Part shown: piece by piece, positions 28,138 through 39,380 of the stretch
Numbering within the stretch: position 1 is the stretch's first letter
Layout: the number at the start of each line of letters is the position of its first letter
From: Anaerolineae bacterium
Lineage (GTDB): Bacteria; Chloroflexota; Anaerolineae; UBA1429
Length of the DNA stretch: 64,000 nucleotides
Reading direction: 5' to 3'
NCBI GenBank assembly: GCA_050942995.1
Contig: JBMNOI010000001.1
Location: 776 to 64,775 of the forward strand
Program-made: the position numbers and the translations under genes
The notes under the pieces: model-generated
Databases searched by the model: none
What the model was told of the DNA's origin: nothing
What the model saw: only the letters and a program-made list of their open reading frames with translations

Positions 28138-29364
28138 GTGGAAGAACAGGGGATTTCAGCATTGCCACTAGAAGGAGGTACGACTGCAGAGGAGTACGTC
28201 CATCCGATGTCCGAGCTCCTGGATGAAGAGTTTTCGCGGGTCGTTCCCGAACGTGGCGAGATCATCGAGGGAACTATCGTCAGCATTACTTCTTCCGAGG
28301 TCATGGTCGACATCGCCTGCAAATCCGAAGGGTTGGTGTCGTCCAGAGATCTGGAGCGTCTGGACCCAGAATATCGCCATTCTTTGAAGGTAGGCGATCG
28401 AGTTTGGGTGTACGTGGTAAGGCCCGAAGATGCCCAGGGCAATATCATCCTATCGCTCTCACGCGCCCAGATTGAGACGGACTGGCAAAAGGCTGCCGAA
28501 ATTTTCGACGCGGGAGACATTATCGAAGAGGCCGTTGTGGGTGCCAACCGCGGTGGCTTGATCGTCAATGTCGGCCGGGTGCGGGGTTTCGTGCCGGCGT
28601 CTCAGGTATACAGTGTGCGCCTTCCGGCGCAGGCCGATGATGCCGAGCGTGAGGAGCGGCTTAGCCAGGTAGTGGGCGACAAGCTCCACCTCAAGATCAT
28701 TGAGCTGGATCGCCGTCGGAATCGGCTGATCCTCTCCGAGAGGGCGGCAACGCGCGAGTGGCGACAGGCACAAAAAGAGCGCCTGTTGGATGATCTGAAG
28801 GAAGGGGACATCCGTCGGGGTGTCGTCAGCAGTCTCTGTGATTTCGGTGCTTTTGTCGATCTGGGTGGGGCCGATGGCCTCGTCCACCTATCCGAGCTAT
28901 CGTGGAGTCGCGTGGGGCATCCCAAAGAGGTGCTCAAGGTAGACCAAGAGGTCGACGTGTACGTGTTGGGCGTGGACAGAGAGCGACGCCGGATTGCGCT
29001 CAGCATCAAGCGACTCAAGCCCGAGCCCTGGAGCACGGTCACAGAGCGTTACCAGATCGGACAGGTGGTGACGGGCACCATTACCAATATCACGGACTTT
29101 GGCGCCTTTGCCCGCCTGGATGAGGACATCGAAGGTCTCATCCACATCTCCGAGCTTTCCGAGGAGCGGATCGACCATCCGAATGCAGTCGTAAAAGAAG
29201 GCGATGAGGTGACCGTCCGGATTATACGCATCGATCCCGACAGGCAGCGTATGGGATTGAGCATGCGGCGAGTCAATGATGACCCTTATTTTGAACAATA
29301 TGACTGGGAAGAGTCAGATCAACTCGCAGAACCGGAAGACTCGGCAGAGGATAGCGAAAGCTAG
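28138..29364 (+). CDS. rpsA: 30S ribosomal protein S1 (four S1 domains)
   Basis: Four repeated S1 domains (e.g. GEIIEGTIVSITSSEVMVDI, GDIIEEAVVGANRGGLIVNV, GDIRRGVVSSLCDFGAFVDL, GQVVTGTITNITDFGAFARL). Acidic C-terminus. Confidence 0.8.
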   Translation: MEEQGISALPLEGGTTAEEYVHPMSELLDEEFSRVVPERGEIIEGTIVSITSSEVMVDIACKSEGLVSSRDLERLDPEYRHSLKVGDRVWVYVVRPEDAQGNIILSLSRAQIETDWQKAAEIFDAGDIIEEAVVGANRGGLIVNVGRVRGFVPASQVYSVRLPAQADDAEREERLSQVVGDKLHLKIIELDRRRNRLILSERAATREWRQAQKERLLDDLKEGDIRRGVVSSLCDFGAFVDLGGADGLVHLSELSWSRVGHPKEVLKVDQEVDVYVLGVDRERRRIALSIKRLKPEPWSTVTERYQIGQVVTGTITNITDFGAFARLDEDIEGLIHISELSEERIDHPNAVVKEGDEVTVRIIRIDPDRQRMGLSMRRVNDDPYFEQYDWEESDQLAEPEDSAEDSES

Positions 29365-29426
29365 GTAGAGCAATCGAGCAGGCCGGCGAGATCAAACGGG
29401 GCTGCGGTCGAGCATTAGCGCTTGCC

Positions 29427-29462
29427 GCATCCCCGATTTTCGCAGGGGCTGCATCTGTTTTT
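29427..29462 (+). terminator. Probable intrinsic terminator after rpsA
   Basis: GCATCCCCGATTTTCGCAGGGGCTGC hairpin, then ATCTGTTTTT. Confidence 0.45.
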
Positions 29463-29799
29463 CATCTCTGGCGAGACTGTGTCCGCGGGTTGTGACGACT
29501 CGGCCGACAATTGGTCGATTCAGGCAGCCCGCCACTCAGCCATCGCTCGCTGCGGTTGTACATCGCTTGCACGTTCTGGTTGGGGGCCGGTGTGGGGGTG
29601 CACTGCCCCCTTTTTGTATTATGGCGCGTCGTTGGACAGGTGCATTGAGGCTGATTTCATCATGGAACTCTGAGCTATCATTCTACGTATATAATGTGTA
29701 GAGTATATCGTCACTCTTATTGATAGACAACAACAGCTTCTCAGCGGCTCATACAGGCAAAAGAAGCGTTCTATAGGTTGTATGAAAGCAAGGTGAATC

Positions 29800-32283
29800 A
29801 TGGCTGATAAATTTGACCGCTTTACCAAGCGCGCGCGCCAATCGCTGAGCATCGCTCAGGAGGAGGCCCGGCGACTGAACCATGCTTATATCGGCACCGA
29901 GCATCTGCTCCTCGGCTTGATGCGTGAGGAAGAGGGCATTGCTTCCCGTGTGCTTGTGGATCTGGGGCTGTCGCTGGCGCAGGTGCGTCGTGCTGTGGAG
30001 AGGATGGTCGGCCGCGGTGAACAGGCCCCAGCCAATCTGCAGCTGGCAGATCAGACCAAGCGGGTTATTGAACTGGCGGTAGAAGAGGCCAAGCGACTGG
30101 GCAACCAGTTTATCGGGACGGAGCATCTGCTCCTGGCGATTGTGCGCGTGCCCGATTCGATGGCCACGTCCATCTTGCAGAGCCTGAACGTCAACCGCGA
30201 GATTGTGCGCCGTCGCGTCATGAACCTGATGCGTCAGGATTCGACGCCGTCGAGTACCACTCAGCAGCAACGGCCACAGAGTAAAGAGAAATCGATGCTG
30301 GAGCAACTCGGCGTGGACCTGACCGAGCTCGCTCGAGCCGGACAGCTGGACCCTGTGGTGGGGCGCCAGAAAGAGATCGAACGGGTGATCCAAATCCTGG
30401 CCCGCCGCACCAAGAATAACCCGGCGCTTATCGGTGAGCCCGGCGTAGGCAAGACGGCCATCGTCGAAGGGCTGGCCCAGCGTATCATCGCCGGCCGTGT
30501 ACCGCACGACCTGCAGGGCAAGCGCGTGATTCGCCTTGATGTCGGATCGCTGGTGGCCGGGACGATGTATCGCGGGCAGTTCGAAGAGCGGCTCAAGCGC
30601 GTCATCGACGAGATCAAATCGTCGGACACGGTGCTCTTTATCGACGAGCTGCACATGCTGGTAGGCGCGGGCGCCGCCGGCAGCGCAGTAGACGCCGCCA
30701 ACATCCTCAAGCCGGCGCTGTCTCGAGGTGAACTGCAGACCATCGGCGCCACCACGCTGGATGAGTATCGCAAGCACATCGAGAGTGATGCGGCGCTGGA
30801 GCGGCGCTTCCAGCCGGTGTTTGTGGACGAGCCCTCGGTGGATGAGACCATCGCCATTCTGAGGGGCGTGCGGAACCGGTACGAGGAGCACCACCAGCTC
30901 AAGATCACTGACGAGGCCCTGGAGGCCGCGGCGCGGCTGGCCGCACGTTACGTGCCCGACCGCTTCCTGCCCGACAAGGCCATCGACCTGGTCGATGAGG
31001 CATCTTCTCGCGTGCGCGTGTTCAAGGTGCTGCACGAGGCCGAAGAGGCGTTAAAGAGCGGCCAGATGACGATGGAAGAGGGTGAGGAACTGGACGTGGA
31101 GGTGGGAGTACGGCCTCCTCAGGTTCCGTCGCTCGAGGTTGATGATGAGCTGCGCTTTATGGCCGATCAGCTCGGGCTGGATATGCCCGTGGCCGAGCCG
31201 ACCACACTGCGAGTAACGGCCGGCGACATCGCCGAGATCGTCTCCATGTGGACCGGCGTGCCGGTGGTGAACATTGCGCAGGAAGAGTCGCTGCGTCTGC
31301 TCAAGATGGAAGAAGAGCTGCACAAGCGTATCGTGGGGCAGGACGAGGGCATCAAGGCGCTGGCCAAGTCGGTCCGGCGCGCCCGTGCCGGCCTGAAGGA
31401 CCCGAACCGCCCGATCGGCTCGTTCATCTTTCTGGGACCCACCGGTGTGGGCAAGACCGAGCTGTGCAAGGCGCTGGCCGAGTTCATGTTCGGCAGCGAG
31501 GAAGCCCTGCTTCAGCTCGACATGTCCGAGTTTATGGAACGGCATAGCATCTCGCGTCTGGTGGGCGCGCCTCCGGGATATGTAGGCTATGAGGAGGCCG
31601 GCCAGTTGACCGAGGCGATCCGTCGCCGGCCGTACACGGTGGTAGTGTTCGACGAGATCGAAAAGGCCCACCCCGAGGCATTCAATATCCTCCTCCAGAT
31701 CATGGAAGAGGGACAATTGACCGACGCCAAGGGACACAAGGTGGACTTTCGTAATACCATCATCATCCTGACCTCGAACGTGGGTAGTGGGGTCATCGCC
31801 CACGATGCGTCGCTGGGCTTTTCCACACTGCCCCCCGAAGAGTCGGCCGAGGCGGACTATCGGGATATGAAGAACAAGCTGATGAAGGAACTGCGGCGGC
31901 TGTTCCGTCCCGAATTCCTGAACCGCGTGGATGAGATCGTCGTGTTCCACGAGCTGACTCGTGAGCATATCGAGCAGATCGTCGACATCCAGTTTGCCCG
32001 TCTCAACGATCGACTGGCAGAGCATCAGATCACCGTGCAGTGCACGGAAGAGGGTTGCGAGCTGCTGGTGGAAGAGGGCTTTGATCCGCAGTACGGAGCC
32101 CGTCCGCTGCGTCGAGCGATGCAGCGCCTGATCGAGGATCCGCTGGCCGAGAAGATGCTCGAGGGAGCCTTCAAGGACGGCGACACGGTGCTGGTGGATG
32201 CCGAGAACGGACATGTCGTCTTTAGATCCGTCGACAAGGCCGACGAGCCGGCCCGGTTGCTCTCCGGGGAAGAACGGCATTAA
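29800..32283 (+). CDS. clpC: ATP-dependent Clp protease ATP-binding subunit ClpC
   Basis: Two Clp_N repeats, two AAA+ modules ([18 protein letters not shown] and [18 protein letters not shown]), UVR-like middle region. 827 aa. Confidence 0.9.
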   Translation: MADKFDRFTKRARQSLSIAQEEARRLNHAYIGTEHLLLGLMREEEGIASRVLVDLGLSLAQVRRAVERMVGRGEQAPANLQLADQTKRVIELAVEEAKRLGNQFIGTEHLLLAIVRVPDSMATSILQSLNVNREIVRRRVMNLMRQDSTPSSTTQQQRPQSKEKSMLEQLGVDLTELARAGQLDPVVGRQKEIERVIQILARRTKNNPALIGEPGVGKTAIVEGLAQRIIAGRVPHDLQGKRVIRLDVGSLVAGTMYRGQFEERLKRVIDEIKSSDTVLFIDELHMLVGAGAAGSAVDAANILKPALSRGELQTIGATTLDEYRKHIESDAALERRFQPVFVDEPSVDETIAILRGVRNRYEEHHQLKITDEALEAAARLAARYVPDRFLPDKAIDLVDEASSRVRVFKVLHEAEEALKSGQMTMEEGEELDVEVGVRPPQVPSLEVDDELRFMADQLGLDMPVAEPTTLRVTAGDIAEIVSMWTGVPVVNIAQEESLRLLKMEEELHKRIVGQDEGIKALAKSVRRARAGLKDPNRPIGSFIFLGPTGVGKTELCKALAEFMFGSEEALLQLDMSEFMERHSISRLVGAPPGYVGYEEAGQLTEAIRRRPYTVVVFDEIEKAHPEAFNILLQIMEEGQLTDAKGHKVDFRNTIIILTSNVGSGVIAHDASLGFSTLPPEESAEADYRDMKNKLMKELRRLFRPEFLNRVDEIVVFHELTREHIEQIVDIQFARLNDRLAEHQITVQCTEEGCELLVEEGFDPQYGARPLRRAMQRLIEDPLAEKMLEGAFKDGDTVLVDAENGHVVFRSVDKADEPARLLSGEERH

Positions 32284-32285
32284 TT

Positions 32286-33722
32286 ATGGCAAGAGGACAC
32301 ACCCGCTTTGTTTGCCAGAATTGCGGGGCGACCCAGCCACGATGGATGGGTCGATGTCCTGAATGTAATGAGTGGAACACGATGGTTGAAACCGTAGTGG
32401 AATCTCCATCGCATTCCACTCTACTGGCTCCATCGCACGGGCATGCGCAGCCGAATCAGGCACGCCCTCTATCGGATATTCCGGCAGACGGGCACCGGCG
32501 CATGCCCGTGCCTGTGGGTGAGCTGAGCCGCGTGTTGGGCGGCGGCATTGTGCCCGGCGGCGTCACCCTGGTCGGTGGCGACCCCGGCATCGGCAAGTCC
32601 ACCCTTCTGCTTCAGCTTGCCGGCTTGATGGGCATGGACGGTGCTCCTTCGCTCTATATATCGGGTGAAGAGTCGCTGCAACAGGTCAAGCTCCGCGCCG
32701 AACGGCTGGGCATTCACTCGCCTCATCTTTATGTCCTCTCAGAGACCAGTCTGGAACAGATTCTGGCCCAGATCGAGGCCGTGCGCCCGCGACTGGCCAT
32801 CGTAGACTCGGTGCAGTCGATCTATACCGAGAACCTGACCTCGTCGGCGGGAAGTGTCAGCCAGGTCAAAGAGTGTGCCACATCGCTGCTGCGATTGGCC
32901 AAGGCCCTCGAGATTCCCGTGTTTCTGGTAGGCCATGTCACCAAGGCCGGCGCCATCGCCGGACCGAGGGTACTGGAACATATTGTAGACACGGTGCTAC
33001 AGCTCGAGGGCGAACGCTTTCACGCCTATCGCCTGCTACGCAGCGTCAAGAACCGCTTCGGCTCGACCAATGAGGTGGGTGTGTTCGAGATGTGCGAGAC
33101 GGGCATGGTCGAAGTGCCCAACCCCTCTCAGGTGTTTCTGGAGGAGCGGCTGGGGAGCGCCACCGGCTCGGCAGTTGCCGTAACCATGGAGGGCACCCGC
33201 CCCATCCTGGTAGAGATTCAGGCGCTGGTGAGCAAAGCCGGGCTGGATCATCCACGGCGCACTACCAACGGAGTGGACATGAACCGTCTGCTGCTGCTGG
33301 CCGCGGTGCTTACCAAGCGCGTGGGGCTTCGCCTGGGCGATCAGGACATCTTTGTGAATGTGGTGGGCGGACTGCGCGTACACGAGCCGGCTGTGGACCT
33401 GGCCATCGCCGCCGCCATCGCCTCCAGCTACTATAACCGCCCCGTGCCCGATGACCTGGCCATATTTGGGGAGGTGGGCCTGGCCGGAGAGCTGCGCAGC
33501 GTGGGCCAGAGCGATCGTCGCCTGCGTGAGGCGGCCAAGCTCGGATTCAAGCGCGCCCTCATGCCCCGCTTGAGAGATAAGCGAGGCATCGAATCCGGCG
33601 GCATGCAGCCCCTTACCGCCCGCTCGCTAGCCGAAGCCATGAGCATGGCCCTCGGACGCGGCGCCGGATCCGATGGACGATCACCCCGGCGGGACGAAAC
33701 GCCCGATGAGACTGAGGAATAA
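32286..33722 (+). CDS. radA: DNA repair protein RadA (Sms)
   Basis: N-terminal zinc ribbon FVCQNCGATQPRWMGRCPECNEW. RecA-like GDPGIGKSTLLLQ. KNRFG motif. Lon-like C-terminal domain. Confidence 0.9.
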   Translation: MARGHTRFVCQNCGATQPRWMGRCPECNEWNTMVETVVESPSHSTLLAPSHGHAQPNQARPLSDIPADGHRRMPVPVGELSRVLGGGIVPGGVTLVGGDPGIGKSTLLLQLAGLMGMDGAPSLYISGEESLQQVKLRAERLGIHSPHLYVLSETSLEQILAQIEAVRPRLAIVDSVQSIYTENLTSSAGSVSQVKECATSLLRLAKALEIPVFLVGHVTKAGAIAGPRVLEHIVDTVLQLEGERFHAYRLLRSVKNRFGSTNEVGVFEMCETGMVEVPNPSQVFLEERLGSATGSAVAVTMEGTRPILVEIQALVSKAGLDHPRRTTNGVDMNRLLLLAAVLTKRVGLRLGDQDIFVNVVGGLRVHEPAVDLAIAAAIASSYYNRPVPDDLAIFGEVGLAGELRSVGQSDRRLREAAKLGFKRALMPRLRDKRGIESGGMQPLTARSLAEAMSMALGRGAGSDGRSPRRDETPDETEE

Positions 33723-33756
33723 AAACTGAAAAAGGCAGATACACGGAGTAATACTC

Positions 33757-33785
33757 GTTGACAGATCCCATTCGTTATGATACTA
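33757..33785 (+). promoter_or_regulatory. Sigma70-like promoter (TTGACA-17-TACTAT) in the radA to PIN/TRAM gap
   Basis: TTGACAgatcccattcgttatgaTACTAT with exact 17-nt spacer. Confidence 0.55.
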
Positions 33786-33791
33786 TGGGCC

Positions 33792-34147
33792 TGGAAGCTG
33801 ATGATGACTCGACTCAGGTCGGCGACATCGAAAAGGTCATAGAGCGGAACCGAGTCATCGAACCCTCCCGTTTTGGTCGGTCACCTGCCACCGCATCAAG
33901 TTACTCGGACGCATACGCGTAATGGATTCCTATGGCAATGGGGCCAGAGCCGGCTTCGGATGCGATGTAACCCGGGTATACACAAGGATACGCCATGGTA
34001 TGGCCTGCCTTTCAGAGGCCCAGGCCTGTCGAACCACCGCCTGCAGGCAATGCATGTTGTACGATCTCGGAGATGGTTGCTGGCCGTTGCGTAGTTCCAG
34101 GTATTCGCTCTCTATCGGGTGTGCGGTGTGACGCACACCTTTTTTTG
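33792..34147 (+). ncRNA. Candidate non-coding RNA (~355 nt), family unknown
   Basis: Strong promoter plus strong intrinsic terminator bracket a GC-rich segment. It contains only short low-quality ORFs (73 and 69 aa). Occupies the disA slot of the Bacillus gene order. Confidence 0.35.
34118..34147 (+). terminator. Intrinsic terminator
   Basis: GGTGTGCG-gtgtga-CGCACACC followed by TTTTTTTG. Confidence 0.7.
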
Positions 34148-34383
34148 TCCGGTTTCGCACCCGTTCGTCTCGAAACGGGGGTGTTCTCGACGGCGCCACA
34201 AGATATCATCTCGAACAATCGCTGCTGCGCCCGATGTGATCGCCTGCGGGCGCAGCGGATCGCTTTTCCCGGCATATATGGCATGAGGAAAGGAGGTGCA
34301 GCTTAATCGGGTAAGGGATGCACTCTACACGGCCTACCGGGTCGGTCGTGCATCGAAAAGTCAGGATGTCAGGAGGAGCATTC

Positions 34384-35442
34384 ATGTCTGTTCATACCAT
34401 CCTGCGCCTATCAGTGACCTGTATTATCGCCCTCCTTGGCTGGAAATTGGGGCTGGTGCTCTCCAAGTGGGCCTCGCTTGCCAGGCTTCCCATCACCAGG
34501 GGGTATTATCCTTTTATTATCACACTGCTGGGCGCCATGGTCGGCTTTGTGGCCGCACCGTATCTCACCGTCGTTCCCTATCGGGCGCTGCGCCACCGTA
34601 TCCGTCATATTCCGGCGCGCGCGCTAATTATGGGTCTCATCGGCCTGTTTGTAGGCCTGGTTATCGCCGCTCTGTTCGCCCTGCCCCTCTCCATGTTGCC
34701 GGGGAGGTGGGGGTATGTTACGCCGCTGGCCGCCGCCTTTATATTTGGCGGTCTGGGCGCCATGATCATGATCATCCGTGATAAGGACATCCTCAACCTT
34801 CTGGGGTTGTTCATCGCTCGAGATGGTATTCGGGGTCGCCGCGATGTGGTGTTGCTGGATACCAGCGTCATCATCGACGGGCGTGTGGCCGACATACGCC
34901 AGACCGGCTTTATCAACGGCACCCTGTTGATTCCCCGCTTTGTACTGGACGAGCTACAGCATATCGCCGACTCGGCCGACGTATTGCGTCGCAACCGTGG
35001 CCGGCGAGGGCTGGATATCCTCAACAAGATGCAAAAGGATGACCGCATCCCCATCGAAATCATCGAGAAGGATGTGCCGGACATCCGCGAAGTCGACGGT
35101 AAACTCGTACGCCTGGCGCAGGAGTTGCATTGCCCGGTGCTCACCAACGACTATAACCTGAATCGGGTGGCCGAGTTGCAGGGCGTTCAGGTGCTCAACG
35201 TCAACGAACTGGCCAACGCCATCAAGGTGGTAGTGCTGCCGGGCGAAACGATGCGCGTGCAGATCATCCAGGAGGGCAAGGAAACAGGCCAGGGCGTGGG
35301 CTATCTGGATGACGGCACCATGGTCGTGGTAGAGGATGGCCGTCGACACATCGGTCAGAACGTCGAGGTAACGGTGACGCGGGTGCTGCAAACCGTCGCC
35401 GGCCGTATGATCTTTGGGCAGATTCAGGATGGACGAAAATAA
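34384..35442 (+). CDS. PIN/TRAM domain membrane protein (YacL-like)
   Basis: N-terminal TM helices. PIN VLLDTSVIIDGRVADI...LIPRFVLDELQHIADS. C-terminal TRAM-like VGQNVEVTVTRVLQTVAGRMIFGQ. Start among Met17/Met23 of the track ORF 34318. Confidence 0.7.
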   Translation: MSVHTILRLSVTCIIALLGWKLGLVLSKWASLARLPITRGYYPFIITLLGAMVGFVAAPYLTVVPYRALRHRIRHIPARALIMGLIGLFVGLVIAALFALPLSMLPGRWGYVTPLAAAFIFGGLGAMIMIIRDKDILNLLGLFIARDGIRGRRDVVLLDTSVIIDGRVADIRQTGFINGTLLIPRFVLDELQHIADSADVLRRNRGRRGLDILNKMQKDDRIPIEIIEKDVPDIREVDGKLVRLAQELHCPVLTNDYNLNRVAELQGVQVLNVNELANAIKVVVLPGETMRVQIIQEGKETGQGVGYLDDGTMVVVEDGRRHIGQNVEVTVTRVLQTVAGRMIFGQIQDGRK

Positions 35443-35445
35443 CGG

Positions 35446-36936
35446 ATGAAGAATCAGACGGTACGCGTACGCTATGCCCCCAGCCCCACGGGCGAGCAGC
35501 ATATCGGGGGTGTAAGAACGGCGCTGTTCAACTATCTGTTTGCGCGCCACACGGGCGGGCATCTGGTGCTGCGCGTCGAAGATACCGATGTGACACGATC
35601 GGAGCGGCGTTATGAGCAAAGCCTGTACCACGACCTGCGCTGGCTGGGGCTGAACTGGGACGAGGGGCCGGATGTGGGCGGTCCGTATGGGCCGTATCGC
35701 CAATCGGAGCGCGGCGAACTCTATCGCGAGGCCGTCATGCGCCTGCTGGACGCGGGGCAGGCTTACCTCTGCTACTGCGCGCCGGAAGAGTTGCATGCCG
35801 AGCGTCGGCGGGCCATCGCCGAGGGCCGGCCACCGCGTTACAGCGGGCGATGCCGCGATCCTCAGGTGCGTCGCGAGCTGGCCCGCCGGGGAGGCAGGCC
35901 GCTGGTACGCTATGCCACCCCCGGGGATGAGACGCTTCAGGTGGACGATCTGGTGCGTGGCCAGGTCACCTTTTCCGGCGGTGATCTGGGAGATTTCGCC
36001 ATCTATCGCGCCGATGACGACACCCTGAGCGGCGGACAGGCGCTGTATAACCTGGCCGTCGTAGTCGACGACCATGCGATGAAGATCACCCATGTGTTAC
36101 GCGGGGAGGAACACCTGCCCAATACGCCACGGCAGATGTTGCTCTATCGTGCCCTGGGTTATGAGACGCCCGCGTTCGGGCATCTCTCCCTCATCCTCGC
36201 GCCGGACGGCCACAAGATGAGCAAGCGCCAGGGCGATACATCCATCGCCCACTATCGCCGGGAGGGTTATCTGCCCGAGACGCTGCTGGCCTATATCGCA
36301 ACGCTGGGAAAGGCTCCCGGGCGAGATCCCGAACGGCTGGGCCTGGACGAGCTGGTCGAACGGTTCGATCTGCACCATCTATCGGCCAGCCCCTCGATCT
36401 ATGATCCTCGCCGGTTGGAGGCGTTCAATCGCCGCCGCATCCGAAGCGAGGATATCGAATCGCTGGGGCAGCGGCTGCGCCCCCGGCTGGAGGAAGCCTA
36501 CGGATGCTGGGAACGCGCCGCCGATACGGCACATTCCGCCGAAACGTGGTATCATATCCTGGTAGAGGCCGTGCGCGAAGAAGCCGTTACGTTGCAGGAT
36601 ATGGTAGAGATCAGCGCCTTTGCCTATGTGTCCCGCGTGACCGATTGGACGGCCGAGGCGCACGAGGCGATGGCCGACGAATGGGCACCGAAAGTGCTGG
36701 AGCACTGTCGCACCACGTTGACCGAGGACGCGCTGCGCACACCGCTCACGGCCAACGAGTTCTTTCGTGAGATGCGCCACCACTTTCGAGATACCGCGGG
36801 CATTCGCGGGCGACTGGTGATGTTTCCGATACGCGCCGCCCTCACCGGCACGCTCAAGGGACCGTGCCTGGGTATGGTCACGTCGTTGTTGGGGCGGCGG
36901 CGCTGCATCGAACGGATAGAGGATGTACTGGCGTGA
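35446..36936 (+). CDS. gltX: Glutamate--tRNA ligase
   Basis: VRYAPSPTGEQHIGGVRTALFNYLFAR (HIGH region). KMSKRQGD (KMSKS). 496 aa. Confidence 0.9.
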   Translation: MKNQTVRVRYAPSPTGEQHIGGVRTALFNYLFARHTGGHLVLRVEDTDVTRSERRYEQSLYHDLRWLGLNWDEGPDVGGPYGPYRQSERGELYREAVMRLLDAGQAYLCYCAPEELHAERRRAIAEGRPPRYSGRCRDPQVRRELARRGGRPLVRYATPGDETLQVDDLVRGQVTFSGGDLGDFAIYRADDDTLSGGQALYNLAVVVDDHAMKITHVLRGEEHLPNTPRQMLLYRALGYETPAFGHLSLILAPDGHKMSKRQGDTSIAHYRREGYLPETLLAYIATLGKAPGRDPERLGLDELVERFDLHHLSASPSIYDPRRLEAFNRRRIRSEDIESLGQRLRPRLEEAYGCWERAADTAHSAETWYHILVEAVREEAVTLQDMVEISAFAYVSRVTDWTAEAHEAMADEWAPKVLEHCRTTLTEDALRTPLTANEFFREMRHHFRDTAGIRGRLVMFPIRAALTGTLKGPCLGMVTSLLGRRRCIERIEDVLA

Positions 36937-37059
36937 GTATAGACCGACACAGGGTGTTACAGTGTATCTGTACCTCGGGACGCGCCCTATAGGAGGGCCG
37001 CGTCCCATGTGAGGCTGCGCCCGAATCGAAATCAGAACTCGATCTGGAGGTACAGAGCA

Positions 37060-38517
37060 ATGACGGATAAAACATTACGGCTCTACAACTCGTTGAGCCG
37101 CCAAAAAGAGGTTTTCGAGCCGATCCATGAGGGGCGGGTGCACATGTATGTGTGCGGCCCGACGGTGTATAACGATGCCCATCTGGGCCACGGCAAGACA
37201 TATGTGAACTTTGATACGATCGTACGCTACCTGCGCTACCTGGGCTACCGCGTGCTCTATGTGCAAAACATCACCGATGTGGGCCACCTGCTGGATAGCG
37301 GCGAGGATCGCATACTCAAGGGCGCCCAGCGCGAGCAGGTGCAGCCCATGGAGCTGGCCGAGACCTATGCGCGGCGCTACTTCCGCGATATGGATCGGCT
37401 CAACGTACTGCGCCCCGACATCTCACCCCGGGCCACGGGCCACGTGCTCGAGATGATCGAGTGGATCCAGAGCCTCATCGATAAGGGATTCGCCTACGAA
37501 TCCAACGGCTCGGTCTATTTCTCGGTTTCGCGCTTTGCCGAGTATGGCAAGCTCTCCGGGCGGCGTGTCGATGAATTGCGCGCCGGGGCGCGGGTGGACG
37601 TGCTGGAGGAAAAGCGCGACGCGGCGGATTTCGCCCTGTGGAAGCGTGCCGAACCGGAGCACATTATGCGATGGAACAGCCCGTGGGGCGAAGGGTTCCC
37701 CGGCTGGCACATCGAGTGCACGGTGATGGCGACTAAATATCTGGGGCAGCCCTTTGACATCCACGGCGGGGGGCTGGAGAACAAGTTCCCCCATCACGAA
37801 TGCGAGGTCGCTCAGGCCGAGGCGGCCACAGGCAAGCCCTTTGCCCGTTACTGGATGCACAACGGTATGCTGATGATCCGTGGCGAAGAGATGCACAAAT
37901 CGCTGGGCAACTTTGTCACGCTGGAGCAGGCGTTCGAGCGCTGGGACCCGATGGTCATCCGCTTCTTTATCCTGCTGACCCACTATCGCAACCCGCTGGA
38001 TCTGACCGAAGAGGCGCTGGATGCCGCCGAACGCGGCTACGGTCGGCTGGCCGCGGCGATGCGGGCCGTGCGTCAGCGTATGGCAGAGGCCCCCGAGGGG
38101 GAGGCCGACGCCGCCGCGCTGGAGATGGTCGATCGGGGCAGGCAGGCCTTTGAAGAGAGCATGAACGATGACTTTAACACGCCCGGCGGTATCGCCGCGC
38201 TGTTCGACATGACCCGTGAGGTAAACACCCTTCTGAACTCGGGTGCGCCCCTGACCCGTGGCACGTTAGAGGCCATAGACACCGCCTACCGCCGCATGGC
38301 CGGCGAGGCGCTGGGGCTGTTGCCCGATAACCTGGGTGAAGAGGAGGATGTGGCCGGGCTCTCGAACGAGCTGATCGAGCTTTTGATCGAAACTCGCCTG
38401 AACCTGCGCAAAGCAAAGCAGTGGCAGGCGGCCGACGAAATCCGTGACCGCCTGGCGGAGCTGGGCATTCAGCTTCACGATAGCGCCGAGGGCACCACCT
38501 GGTCGCGCAGCAACTGA
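37060..38517 (+). CDS. cysS: Cysteine--tRNA ligase
   Basis: [21 protein letters not shown] (HIGH). Zn ligands. KMSKS-region variant EMHKSLGNF. Start at [11 protein letters not shown]. Confidence 0.9.
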   Translation: MTDKTLRLYNSLSRQKEVFEPIHEGRVHMYVCGPTVYNDAHLGHGKTYVNFDTIVRYLRYLGYRVLYVQNITDVGHLLDSGEDRILKGAQREQVQPMELAETYARRYFRDMDRLNVLRPDISPRATGHVLEMIEWIQSLIDKGFAYESNGSVYFSVSRFAEYGKLSGRRVDELRAGARVDVLEEKRDAADFALWKRAEPEHIMRWNSPWGEGFPGWHIECTVMATKYLGQPFDIHGGGLENKFPHHECEVAQAEAATGKPFARYWMHNGMLMIRGEEMHKSLGNFVTLEQAFERWDPMVIRFFILLTHYRNPLDLTEEALDAAERGYGRLAAAMRAVRQRMAEAPEGEADAAALEMVDRGRQAFEESMNDDFNTPGGIAALFDMTREVNTLLNSGAPLTRGTLEAIDTAYRRMAGEALGLLPDNLGEEEDVAGLSNELIELLIETRLNLRKAKQWQAADEIRDRLAELGIQLHDSAEGTTWSRSN

Positions 38518-38533
38518 GGAGTAGACACAGCGC

Positions 38534-39277
38534 ATGGAGAACCTCGTTGGGCGCAACCCGGTCCATGAAGCCCTGCGGGCCGGTCGGCGACGCATCGAAC
38601 GTGTGTTGCTGGCCGAAGGCGTGGCCGAAAAAGGCACCGTAGAGCATATTGTGGCGCTATGTCGACAGCGCCGTGTGGCGATAGAGCGCGTCTCGAAACA
38701 AGAGATCGATCGGTTGAGCGGCGACGTCCTGCATCAGGGCGTCGCCGCCCACGTGTCGCCCTACCCTTACGTCGAGATCGACGATATCCTGGCGCCGGCC
38801 CGAGAAGGCGGCGAGATGCCTTTTGTGCTGGCGCTGGATTCGCTGCAAGACCCGCAAAATGTGGGCTCGTTGATGCGCACCGCCGAGGCCGTGGGGGTGC
38901 ATGGCGTCATCCTGCCCGATCGGCGGGCGGTGGGCGTCACCCCGGCCGTAAGTCGGGCCTCGGCCGGCGCCGTAGAGCATCTGCAGGTCGCGATGGTCAA
39001 GAACCTGGTGCGCGCTCTGGATGAGTTAAAAGAGCGAGGGCTCTGGATCGCCGGCGGCGAGGATCACCCGGAGGCGGTGGACTATACCGGGGTCGATCTG
39101 AATCGCCCTCTGGCGCTGGTTCTGGGAAGCGAGGGGCGGGGCATGCGTCGGCTGGTGGCCGAGCGCTGTGACTTTTTGCTGCGCATCCCCATGCGGGGAC
39201 GCGTGGGCTCGCTCAATGTATCGGTGGCCGGTGGGATTTTGCTCTACCGTGCCTGGCATGCGCGGCAAAGCCCTTGA
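38534..39277 (+). CDS. rlmB: SpoU/TrmH-family 23S rRNA 2'-O-ribose (Gm2251) methyltransferase
   Basis: N-terminal L30e-like substrate domain. SpoU motifs LVLGSEGRGMRRLV...IPMRGRVGSLNVSVAGGILLY. cysS-rlmB adjacency as in Bacillus. Confidence 0.75.
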   Translation: MENLVGRNPVHEALRAGRRRIERVLLAEGVAEKGTVEHIVALCRQRRVAIERVSKQEIDRLSGDVLHQGVAAHVSPYPYVEIDDILAPAREGGEMPFVLALDSLQDPQNVGSLMRTAEAVGVHGVILPDRRAVGVTPAVSRASAGAVEHLQVAMVKNLVRALDELKERGLWIAGGEDHPEAVDYTGVDLNRPLALVLGSEGRGMRRLVAERCDFLLRIPMRGRVGSLNVSVAGGILLYRAWHARQSP

Positions 39278-39380
39278 CCGAGCATAGGGCATGAGACGAT
39301 TTGACGTATGCTGTGAGTATGGTATACTGCGTCCTCGCTTGACCGCTGAGCATATCGGGCTATAATAAACGTTGATCTTG

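Noticed and set aside
29749-31035. 428-aa minus-strand ORF (also 31051..32280, 409 aa)
   Set aside because: Both are antisense to clpC, which has complete AAA+ motifs on the plus strand.
33792-34147. Hypothesis that the radA-yacL gap RNA is RNase P RNA, SRP RNA or tmRNA
   Set aside because: No P4 GGAAAGTCCGG / ACAGAAnCCGGCTTA pair in the correct order. No SRP GGAAGCAGC motif. No tRNA-like 3' end. Left as an unclassified candidate.
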